Both the position numbers and the translations under genes were made by a program. From Patescibacteria group bacterium (GTDB lineage Bacteria; Patescibacteriota; Minisyncoccia; Phycocordibacterales; JBAYGS01), in NCBI GenBank assembly GCA_038078755.1, contig JBBTSQ010000032.1:1-47650 (forward strand): DNA of 47,650 nucleotides. The letters run 5' to 3'. The notes under the pieces are model-generated. The model saw only the letters and a list, made by a program, of their open reading frames with translations. It searched no databases and was not told the origin of the DNA. This document shows, in pieces, positions 18,930 through 26,664 of this stretch (positions are counted from its first letter, which is position 1; every line of letters starts with the position of its first letter).

Positions 18930-18962
18930 CTCTGGCTTCGCCAGATCTCCTGCGGAGCGAGA
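18930..18962. repeat. 33-nt inverted repeat, left arm (partner 22392-22424, 32/33)
   Basis: tctggcttcgccagatctcctgcggagcgagat. It contains the local hairpin tctggc-ttc-gccaga. Confidence 0.85.
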
Positions 18963-19120
18963 TAAGTTCTAATACCTAATTTCTAAAAGGAATCAAAGAT
19001 AGACGAGAAAGCCTCTGGTTTAGAAATTAGGACTTAGGTATTAGCAATTTGTGTTCGCAGTCATTTTGTGTGTCCACACCCAACTAGATACTATGAAATA
19101 TAGGATGGTATACTATATAT

Positions 19121-20131
19121 ATGGTCTTTCTTCGTAGATTATTGGTGATGCTTATTGCCTGTACTGCGGGCTTCGGTCTTTTTTCGACTACTGTTTCTGC
19201 ACAGCTCGCTCCACTTTCTCAATCAATTCTCCAAGTCACCCTCACTCCTGAAAATCCCGCCCCAAATGATGCGGTGTTTGCCCGAGTAGACAGCTACAAT
19301 TTCGACCTCGATACCACCGAGATAGTATGGTACGTAAACGGCGCCTTGCAGACGAGAGGTATGGGGGTCCGACAGTTTAATTTTACCGCGCCCGCGCTTG
19401 GCAAGACCATCGCGCTCAAAGTAGTCGCCCGACACAAGACCCTTGGTGACTTAGAGCAGTCAATTTCTTTGCGGACCGGTGATGTTGAGGTGATATGGGA
19501 ATCTGTTGGCTACACTCCGCCCTTTTATAAAGGTAAGACCCATCATGCATACGGGGGAGTGGTACGCTATATCGCCATCCCGCGACTTACCGACAAAAAT
19601 GGTACCGAAATTTCAGCAAGCAACCTTGTCTACACATGGAAAAAGAATAGCAAGGTAATCCAAGATCAATCTGGTTTTGGCAAATCAAACATTGTGGTTT
19701 CAGACGACAGTTATGTTCGCGATGGCAACGAGATTTCTGTCGAAGTATCAAGCACCGATCATACCGCGCAGGCGACCGGCTACAGCGGAGTCAGTCCTAC
19801 CGTAAGCAAGGTGGTGGTATACGAAAAAGATCCTGCGCTCGGCACACTATACAACAAAGCGGTGGGAAATCTGTTTAGTATTTTTGGTGATGAAGCCGAA
19901 TTAGTGGCAGAACCGTACTTTTTTTCCGTAACCACTCGGGATGCGGGTCAGATCGAATACGAGTGGCTGGTAAACGACCGTCCGGTGAGCGGGAATGACA
20001 AAAAAAGTGTTGTGATACTGAAACCAGCCCCCGGAGCTTCTGGCAAAGCCAATCTGTCATTGATTGTGCAAAACCAGCGACAGATTTTGCAGGGAGGAAA
20101 GTTGTTTAGCACTGTCTATTTTGGGAATTAA
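19121..20131 (+). CDS. Secreted protein built from three beta-rich (Ig-like?) internal repeats
   Basis: Signal peptide 'LIACTAGFGLFSTTVSAQ'. The recurring pattern is 'EIVWYVNG..', 'NLVYTWKKNSKVI..', 'IEYEWLVNDRPV..'. TGGTATACT lies 6 nt upstream of the ATG. Confidence 0.6.
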   Translation: MVFLRRLLVMLIACTAGFGLFSTTVSAQLAPLSQSILQVTLTPENPAPNDAVFARVDSYNFDLDTTEIVWYVNGALQTRGMGVRQFNFTAPALGKTIALKVVARHKTLGDLEQSISLRTGDVEVIWESVGYTPPFYKGKTHHAYGGVVRYIAIPRLTDKNGTEISASNLVYTWKKNSKVIQDQSGFGKSNIVVSDDSYVRDGNEISVEVSSTDHTAQATGYSGVSPTVSKVVVYEKDPALGTLYNKAVGNLFSIFGDEAELVAEPYFFSVTTRDAGQIEYEWLVNDRPVSGNDKKSVVILKPAPGASGKANLSLIVQNQRQILQGGKLFSTVYFGN

Positions 20132-20136
20132 ATTCT

Positions 20137-21117
20137 ATGCGGCATACTACTTCATTTTTTATACACACACTGTCCTTGATGATGATCTTGTGGGCACTGT
20201 CATCGCCAGTGGCGCTTTCAGCGGCACCAATCAGCTATGTCCCGCTCCAACCCGTCCCCGGAGTACCCGTAGGCAATGCTGATTTCAAAACCTACCTTAT
20301 TGCCGGGTTTAAAATCGGGATCAGTGTCGCGGGCATTTTGAGTGTGTTAATGCTTGTCGTTGCCGGTTTTCAATACGCCACCACCGACGCTTTTACCGGA
20401 AAAGAAGAGTCAAAAAACAAAATGACCAAGGTGGTCTATGGCCTCGTGCTGATTCTGGTATCGTATATTCTTCTCAACACAGTCAACAAAGACACGGTCT
20501 CCCTCAAACTCGACTTTGGCGCCCAAGATGCAGTAAACAGGATTGGTGGGGGGTTTCGAGATGGGCTTGCATACAACCGAGCACAAGCTATCCTAAATCA
20601 AAAACTTCGCGAGGCGGTATCTCAATACAGTGAGGGAAGGGCAGAAATAGACACACTCACATCACGAATTAATGATCTAAACGAAAGGATGGAGAATAAT
20701 ATTGATAATCCAATGGAGTACGAGAGGTTGCGTGTGCAAGCTGCTGATCTCGAGAATCAAAAGAACATCTTGGGACAACAAATAGAAAGCGCTCGGGTGA
20801 TGTCTGTATATCAAACTGATTATGATAAAGCGATGTTAGAAATAAATAACAAAGCTATCAATAAAGATGGTTATCTGTTAGCAAAAAAGAATTTCGAAAC
20901 AGCCCAAACATACTACTCTCAAGTAAAAAGGTCTTTGGAGGCAGGAGATCAAGCTTCAAAAGATGCTGCAAAGGCCTTAGATATACGCTGGACTCGTCAA
21001 TTGGAGGATTATAATAAAAAACTGACCGAGATTGAGACAAAATATCCAGTATTCACCCAAGGTAATCAAACATACACGGGCCAAAATTATTTTGTCCCAG
21101 GAACACCTGTTAGATAA
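20137..21117 (+). CDS. VirB2/TrbC-like T4SS pilin domain fused to a ~200-aa coiled-coil C-terminal extension
   Basis: A signal peptide is followed by 'YLIAGFKIGISVAGILSVLMLVVAGFQYATT...KNKMTKVVYGLVLILVSYILLNTV', a two-helix hairpin as in TrbC/VirB2 pilins. A heptad-rich Glu/Lys/Gln tail follows. Confidence 0.55.
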   Translation: MRHTTSFFIHTLSLMMILWALSSPVALSAAPISYVPLQPVPGVPVGNADFKTYLIAGFKIGISVAGILSVLMLVVAGFQYATTDAFTGKEESKNKMTKVVYGLVLILVSYILLNTVNKDTVSLKLDFGAQDAVNRIGGGFRDGLAYNRAQAILNQKLREAVSQYSEGRAEIDTLTSRINDLNERMENNIDNPMEYERLRVQAADLENQKNILGQQIESARVMSVYQTDYDKAMLEINNKAINKDGYLLAKKNFETAQTYYSQVKRSLEAGDQASKDAAKALDIRWTRQLEDYNKKLTEIETKYPVFTQGNQTYTGQNYFVPGTPVR

Positions 21118-21128
21118 ATTATAATATT

Positions 21129-22367
21129 ATGTCCAAAAAAACCGCCACATTGCTCATACTCCTCATTCTCATCATTTTTGGTATTGTTGGTTTTTGGTTT
21201 TATCAACGAGCGCAACAGAGTGGCGGGGGTGAGACCGATACTTCATTTTTTAATTTTTTCCCGTTTGGTAAGCTTGACGTGAATACCGGCACTACCGACG
21301 GCAGCAATGGTTTCGAAGATATCGCTACCACCACCGATACTGGTACTGGCATGGTTGAATTACCTACACTACACAAAATTTCAGATGAGCCGGTCGCGGG
21401 AGGGATCGTGTTTGCAGAAAATACCGTAAATACCGTCCGCTACATCGAGCGCGCCACCGGTCACATCTATCAAGTGCCGTTTGATGCGATGGACAAAGAG
21501 CGAGTATCGATTACTACCATCCCCAAACTCTATGAATCGGTTTGGACTAGTGGGGGAGCGGGAGTACTTGTGCGTTACCTAAAAGGGACGTCAGAAGCTG
21601 TTGAGACTTTTTCACTCAATCTCTCGAGCATTTCCGGCGCGGCATCCGGCGCGCCAGCGGAGGGGACTTTCTTCCCAAAAAATATCTCATCGATCACTGC
21701 CAACCCTGCAAAAACCTCCCTATTCTACATAGTACCCAACGATACTGGCAGTATCGGCTATATCAGCAACCCGACCAATACCATCAAAACCTCCGTATTC
21801 AACTCACCACTAAAAGAGTGGACCGCTACCTGGCCAAAAGAAGACACCATTGCCATCAGTCCAAAACCTGCTCACGGCATTTTCGGACACCTCTTTTTTC
21901 TCAACACCAAAACCAACAAGCTTTCAAAAGTGCTTTCAAAAGTGCCAGGGCTTACCGCATTACCAAACACCGATGCATCGGCAATTCTGTACAGTCGAAG
22001 TGGTGGAAACGACACGCGCCTCTACATCAAAAGTCTAAAAACAGGAGCTGTTCGAGAGATGCCTTTCGCGACACTCCCTGAAAAATGCGTCTGGGCCCAG
22101 ACTCAAAGTCTCTTGCTTTTCTGCGCGGTGCCGAAAGAGGGGATGCAGGGTGAACTGCCTGATATTTGGTATCAGGGATTGGTGTCATTTAGTGATCAGG
22201 TATGGCGAGTGGATGTTGAAACGGGAGCCACTGACCTCATCGCTGACCCGGATGAACTGGCATTTATCCCGCTTGATATCATCGACATATCACTCGCGCC
22301 CGATGACAGTGTGATGACATTTACCAACAAAAAAGATCTTACTTACTGGGGACTTAGGCTCAGGTAA
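21129..22367 (+). CDS. Signal-anchored protein, beta-propeller-like (TolB/PD40-like?) ectodomain
   Basis: N-terminal TM 'TATLLILLILIIFGIVGFWFY' and a long beta-rich remainder. Last gene of the three-gene plus-strand unit. Confidence 0.5.
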   Translation: MSKKTATLLILLILIIFGIVGFWFYQRAQQSGGGETDTSFFNFFPFGKLDVNTGTTDGSNGFEDIATTTDTGTGMVELPTLHKISDEPVAGGIVFAENTVNTVRYIERATGHIYQVPFDAMDKERVSITTIPKLYESVWTSGGAGVLVRYLKGTSEAVETFSLNLSSISGAASGAPAEGTFFPKNISSITANPAKTSLFYIVPNDTGSIGYISNPTNTIKTSVFNSPLKEWTATWPKEDTIAISPKPAHGIFGHLFFLNTKTNKLSKVLSKVPGLTALPNTDASAILYSRSGGNDTRLYIKSLKTGAVREMPFATLPEKCVWAQTQSLLLFCAVPKEGMQGELPDIWYQGLVSFSDQVWRVDVETGATDLIADPDELAFIPLDIIDISLAPDDSVMTFTNKKDLTYWGLRLR

Positions 22368-22391
22368 GCAGAAATTCCTAATTCCTAAATC

Positions 22392-22424
22392 ATCTCGCTC
22401 CGCAGGAGATCTGGCAAAGCCAGA
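22392..22424. repeat. 33-nt inverted repeat, right arm (partner 18930-18962)
   Basis: atctcgctccgcaggagatctggcaaagccaga. The single difference from the partner falls in the loop of the local hairpin. Confidence 0.85.
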
Positions 22425-22433
22425 TAATTTCTA

Positions 22434-22550
22434 ATGAACCCGAGTAAAAAAGTCTATGATCTCGAGGAGAGGACGGCGGTATTTGGAGAAAAGACTATAG
22501 ACTTTTTGAGGTACATTCCTAAAGATATATTAGAAATTTATCTTGTTTGA
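22434..22550 (+). pseudogene. 5' remnant (~31 codons) of a four-helix-bundle gene, inverted relative to 17779..18154
   Basis: It encodes 'MNPSKKVYDLEERTAVFGEKTIDFLRYIPKD', then diverges and stops. A 38-nt identical run tatgatctcgaggagaggacggcggtatttggagaaaa is shared with the reverse complement of 18062-18154. Confidence 0.65.
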
Positions 22551-22563
22551 CTTGTCTTCTGCT

Positions 22564-23025
22564 CTACTCAATGTATTTCGCCACCACTCTCCGCTCTCTC
22601 CCTTCACCGATTGATTCGGTTTTGATGTGGGGGAATGTCTTGAGTTCGGAGTGAACAATCATTCGTTCATAGGAGGTCATCGGTTCAAATTCTACATCGG
22701 TTTTAAAAGTGGTAGCTCGATCAGCATAGAGTCGCGCTTTCAGCCGAAGTGTATCAACAATACCTTCTTTGTATTTATTAATATCGAGTGTAAATTTTGG
22801 TATTTCGCGAGTGCCCGCTTGTTTGATGGCAATTTTGCGCACCACATGATCAAACGCGTCGAGGTGTTCTCCATCTGTGCCAATCAAACGCCCCGCTTCT
22901 TTGGTATAAATATCAATAGCCACCGTACTCGTCTCGGAAATAGTGCGTGTAGCAATCTCATCGGCATTGACCCCCATATAGGTGATCAGTCGAGCGATAA
23001 TTTCTTTAATGGTGTTGATATCCAT
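22564..23025 (-). CDS. jag: Jag/KhpB-like RNA-binding protein (KH + R3H domains)
   Basis: C-terminal R3H pattern 'MTSYERMIVHSELKTF'. It occupies the canonical position downstream of yidC. Confidence 0.8.
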   Translation of the reverse strand: MDINTIKEIIARLITYMGVNADEIATRTISETSTVAIDIYTKEAGRLIGTDGEHLDAFDHVVRKIAIKQAGTREIPKFTLDINKYKEGIVDTLRLKARLYADRATTFKTDVEFEPMTSYERMIVHSELKTFPHIKTESIGEGRERRVVAKYIE

Positions 23026-23159
23026 ATATGCAAAAGCGGCTTAATTTCTACAAACCAATTAAATGGTCTCAGATGCGAGGCATCGGCGAGTACCGTGACC
23101 AAAATGTATATGGAAATACATTGCGGGAGCGGGCGGAGCCGATAACAAAGCAGATGAGA

Positions 23160-23885
23160 CTATTTTATTGGTTTATATCGGCGAATGTAGAGTTCTTGGC
23201 CTATAGCAAAGAGATTGCTGGTCACCCAGTACAGCGCAATCACTGAAGAAAATCCGTATGCCGCAAAAAAGACAATCACGGGCATACCATACCGCATCTG
23301 AATATTCATACTCTTCATAAAATCATCTTTAAATGACGGGGTGGTACTGTTTGAAACCGGGAGGGCTGGCATTGAGTAGCGGATTTGGAAATACTGCGTG
23401 ATCGCCGCCAAAAGCGCTAGCACCAAACTTTTTTGAGTAATATCGAGGACTCCCAAAAAGAGCATATCAATTTTTTCCGGCACTGATACAAATGAATAGA
23501 GAATATCAGCGGTGACACTCGGTAGTCCTCCTTTATAAAACACCCAGTACAATGCAAAAATGATTGGGATTTGGATGAACACCACCACAATGCCGGAAAA
23601 TGGGTTAATTTTTTTGTCCCGATAGAGTTGCATGGTCTGTCGAGCAAGCTCCTCTCGTTTGTCTTTAAATTTTTCTTTAATCCGCGCCAGTTCTGGTTCC
23701 AAACGCTTCATCTGCATCTGGGTGGTGATTGATTTTTTAGAAAGCGGGAACATCAAGAGCTTGACGAGGCAGGTAAACAATACCACCGCCACTCCAGCGT
23801 CGAGCCAGGGGAGATGGCCAATCAAAAAAATCAACCCATTGTAGAGCGGTTGGTAGAAAACAGTGAAAAATATGCCGTGGGACAT
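23160..23885 (-). CDS. yidC: YidC/Oxa1-family membrane protein insertase (short form)
   Basis: 'VVLFTCLVKLLMFPLSKKSITTQMQMKRLEPELARIKEKFKDKREELARQTMQLYRDKKINPFSG' is the conserved YidC core. ATG 23885 ('MSHGIFF') is preferred because the upstream extension translates a low-complexity repeat. Confidence 0.9.
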   Translation of the reverse strand: MSHGIFFTVFYQPLYNGLIFLIGHLPWLDAGVAVVLFTCLVKLLMFPLSKKSITTQMQMKRLEPELARIKEKFKDKREELARQTMQLYRDKKINPFSGIVVVFIQIPIIFALYWVFYKGGLPSVTADILYSFVSVPEKIDMLFLGVLDITQKSLVLALLAAITQYFQIRYSMPALPVSNSTTPSFKDDFMKSMNIQMRYGMPVIVFFAAYGFSSVIALYWVTSNLFAIGQELYIRRYKPIK

Positions 23886-24074
23886 GGTAGGGGAAGTATA
23901 TAATAAAAAAGGTATAAAGTAAAAAGTATGAAGTATGGGAACAGACAGCAGAACACAGACGACAGACAAGAAACTGACAACTGACAATCAGATAAGAAAA
24001 AGCCCCCGAAATCACTTCGCGATTTCGAGGGCTTTTGTCTCCATACTTTATACCCTCCCCTCCATACCTCCCCA

Positions 24075-24300
24075 AATGGGTTGAGCCTTTAAACTAAATT
24101 TCACCAAAAAGCGCTAAAAGTCACTACGTCAAAAACCGTGTGATAATTTCCCAAACGGCGTTGTGGTGTAGCCACAGAATGCTCGAACGGCTCACTCTTT
24201 TTGGCTTCAAAAGCAGTGAGCCGTTTAACTGTATGGTGCTTATGTAGAGCCATCTTTTTGCTAAAAAGCAAAAAGATGGCTCAGTTGAGGTTTTTTCTGA
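24075..24300. repeat. Mosaic relative of the 28065/33314 hairpin element, inverted relative to the 33.3-kb copy
   Basis: It shares the hairpin core aacggctcac...gtgagccgtt. Its reverse complement also shares cgtttgggaaattatcacacg, gtgactttt, tttttggtgaaa and aaaggctcaa blocks with 33423-33540. Confidence 0.7.
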
Positions 24301-24324
24301 TTGTCAGTTGTGTGTTGTTAATTG

Positions 24325-24687
24325 TTAGTTTTTCCCCACCCTATCAACCAATCCTTGTTTAATCTCTGCCATCACCTCTTCAAAGGGTATTTTTTCCGCC
24401 CCCGATTTGGCAAAGATAATCAGTGTGATTGGTGGAAAAGTAAGCTCTTCACCAATTGCTCTGACTGCCCGATAAATTTTTCGGGTAATCGCGTGCCGAG
24501 ACACGGCCGTCTTAAATATTTTTTTGCTCGCGACCGCAGAAATCCGTACCAAGCTACCGCTTTTTAATCCAGCTTGTTCGGGCATAGGAAGGTATCGAAA
24601 AGAAAAGTGGGGGGTGTGCGCCACCTTCCCACTTTTCATTACTTGATCAAACAAATTGGTACTAACTCGTGCGCGTTTTGGAAGCAT
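24325..24687 (-). CDS. rnpA: Ribonuclease P protein component
   Basis: A basic ~120-aa protein ('MLPKRARV...', 'SRHAITRKIYRAVRAI') located between rpmH and yidC, as in most bacteria. Confidence 0.8.
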   Translation of the reverse strand: MLPKRARVSTNLFDQVMKSGKVAHTPHFSFRYLPMPEQAGLKSGSLVRISAVASKKIFKTAVSRHAITRKIYRAVRAIGEELTFPPITLIIFAKSGAEKIPFEEVMAEIKQGLVDRVGKN

Positions 24688-24720
24688 GTTGATATCCTCA
24701 TCGCTCCACCCCAAGCAGGG

Positions 24721-24885
24721 CTAGCGAGACTTAGGGTTGCGACGACTTTTTTGAACCGCAATCACTTTTCGGCCTTTCTGACGTCGAGCTTTGAGCACTC
24801 GTTTACCGCCAGCAGTCTTTGTGCGCGCCAAAAATCCGTGGGTTCGCGCTCGCTTTGCTCGTTTCGGTTTATAGGTGAATGACAT
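24721..24885 (-). CDS. rpmH: 50S ribosomal protein L34 (below the ORF-track length cutoff)
   Basis: Hand translation gives [54 protein letters not shown]. This carries the classic L34 signature (KRTxQP-like N-terminus, 'THGF..R') and lies upstream of rnpA, divergent from dnaA. Confidence 0.9.
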   Translation of the reverse strand: MSFTYKPKRAKRARTHGFLARTKTAGGKRVLKARRQKGRKVIAVQKSRRNPKSR

Positions 24886-25070
24886 AGTGGTGTAAAAACA
24901 GAGAGGGAGTAGACTTCCGCGCCGTTTTATTTTAAAAAATTATTACTAACAACTTATACACATATTATTAACATACTTGGGCTTTCTCCACAAGTGTTCG
25001 AATTTTTAATTGAGTATATACTAAGTGCTACCTGTGAAAGAAATTTTATCACTCTCGACTACTATACACT

Positions 25071-26420
25071 ATGCTAGATAATAAATCATTGTGGGATCGG
25101 GTATTAGTCGACATGGAACTTGCGGTCTCAAAAGCAAATTTTACCACTTGGTTTAAGGATACGTGGGTAGAAAAACAAGAAGATGGGACCGTATTCTTAA
25201 GCGTGCCGAATGCATTCGTTAAAGATTGGTTGTCAAAAAAATATCACCAGATTCTTCTCAAAAGTCTTCGGGAAGTGGGGGAAGACATCCGAGCGCTTGA
25301 TTATAGTGTCAGTAAAGATAGCGCCCGCAGACACCCTCCAGAAAACACCGCTCGACCGAGCTTCCCTTCGGGCGAATTACCTCTACAAGACCTCTATATC
25401 AACAAGGAGGATAATCTCAATCCTCGCTACACCTTTGATACGTTTGTCATTGGACAATTTAACGAACTAGCAAATGCCGCCTCGCAAGCCATTTTGCGAA
25501 AACCGCTGACCTACAATCCGCTCTTTATCTTCGGCTCAACCGGCCACGGCAAAACCCACTTGATCCAAGCGGTGGGAAATCATTTGAAAAAAACCTACGC
25601 GGACAAAAAAGTATTTTATCTTACCTCCGAGCGTTTTGCCAACGACTACATCAACTCCCTAAACACCGGCAAAATCAACCTATTTAAGGAAAAATACCGA
25701 AAATACGATGTGTTGATTATGGACGACGTACAGTTTATCTCCAACAAAGACCGTACGCAGGAAGAATTGTTTCATTTGTTCAACGCGCTCTACGAAAACA
25801 ACAAGCAATTTATTTTTTCTTCCGATAAGCACCCCAACTTCATCCCAAACCTTGAGGAACGTCTCTTGTCGCGCTTCAACGCAGGGATGATTGTAGAGAT
25901 CAAACCGCCAGATTTTGAGTCTCGCCTCCAAATTTTCAAAACCAAGGCGGAGCAAATGAGTGTCCCTCTTACCCAAGAAGTCCTCGAGTACTTGGCCTCG
26001 GCGGTGGAGGGCAATATTCGAGAACTTGAGGGAGTGGTGAACACCATCTTGTGCCAAACCCAGCTGAAAAATCGAGAATTATCTCTTCTTGAAATTAAAA
26101 CCTTGTTGAAAAACAACGCTTCTCGACCAAAAAAGGCGATTGCCGTCAAAGATGTGGTCAAAACCATTGCCGATTTTTACAACATCGAAGAAACCAGTAT
26201 TTACGAGAAGACTCGAAAAAAAGAAGTGGTAAAACCTCGACAGGTGATTATGTATTTCTTGCGCGAAGAGCTCAATATTTCCTACCCATCAATCGGTGAG
26301 AAGCTTGGGGGGCGAGATCACACGACGGTTATTCACTCATGTGAAAAAATCAAAAATGAGCTTAAAGAAAACAATACACTTGTCCAAGAAATTAATCAGT
26401 TGAAATCAATGATTTGTTGA
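25071..26420 (+). CDS. dnaA: Chromosomal replication initiator protein DnaA
   Basis: Walker A 'GSTGHGKTHL', 'VLIMDDVQF' and the domain IV signature 'GGRDHTTVIHSCEKI'. Confidence 0.95.
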   Translation: MLDNKSLWDRVLVDMELAVSKANFTTWFKDTWVEKQEDGTVFLSVPNAFVKDWLSKKYHQILLKSLREVGEDIRALDYSVSKDSARRHPPENTARPSFPSGELPLQDLYINKEDNLNPRYTFDTFVIGQFNELANAASQAILRKPLTYNPLFIFGSTGHGKTHLIQAVGNHLKKTYADKKVFYLTSERFANDYINSLNTGKINLFKEKYRKYDVLIMDDVQFISNKDRTQEELFHLFNALYENNKQFIFSSDKHPNFIPNLEERLLSRFNAGMIVEIKPPDFESRLQIFKTKAEQMSVPLTQEVLEYLASAVEGNIRELEGVVNTILCQTQLKNRELSLLEIKTLLKNNASRPKKAIAVKDVVKTIADFYNIEETSIYEKTRKKEVVKPRQVIMYFLREELNISYPSIGEKLGGRDHTTVIHSCEKIKNELKENNTLVQEINQLKSMIC

Positions 26421-26439
26421 TAACCTGTTGATTTCACGG

Positions 26440-26664
26440 ACTGGTGGTGTGGGTAGTGATCTGATAGTGTGGAGGTAGTGCTGGTGAATGAGTGGGGATA
26501 AAAAAATAATTCTACAGAACGATGTCTTTTTATCCCCACTCGCAAGCGCTCATCCACAGTACACACAAATTGTTTTAGTAAAAATACCCTATAGATGAAG
26601 CAGAAAATAGAGATATCCACCAATCCACAGTGATAATAGTAGTAATAATCTGAAATATAAATAT
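26440..26664. other. Probable oriC: DnaA-box cluster plus an AT-rich unwinding region in the dnaA-dnaN spacer
   Basis: Box-like 9-mers, each 1-2 mismatches from TTATCCACA: tggggataa (26493-26501, reverse orientation), ttatcccca (26530-26538), tcatccaca (26550-26558), atatccacc (26613-26621) and caatccaca (26621-26629). The AT-rich stretch taatagtagtaataatctgaaatataaatat follows. Confidence 0.6.
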
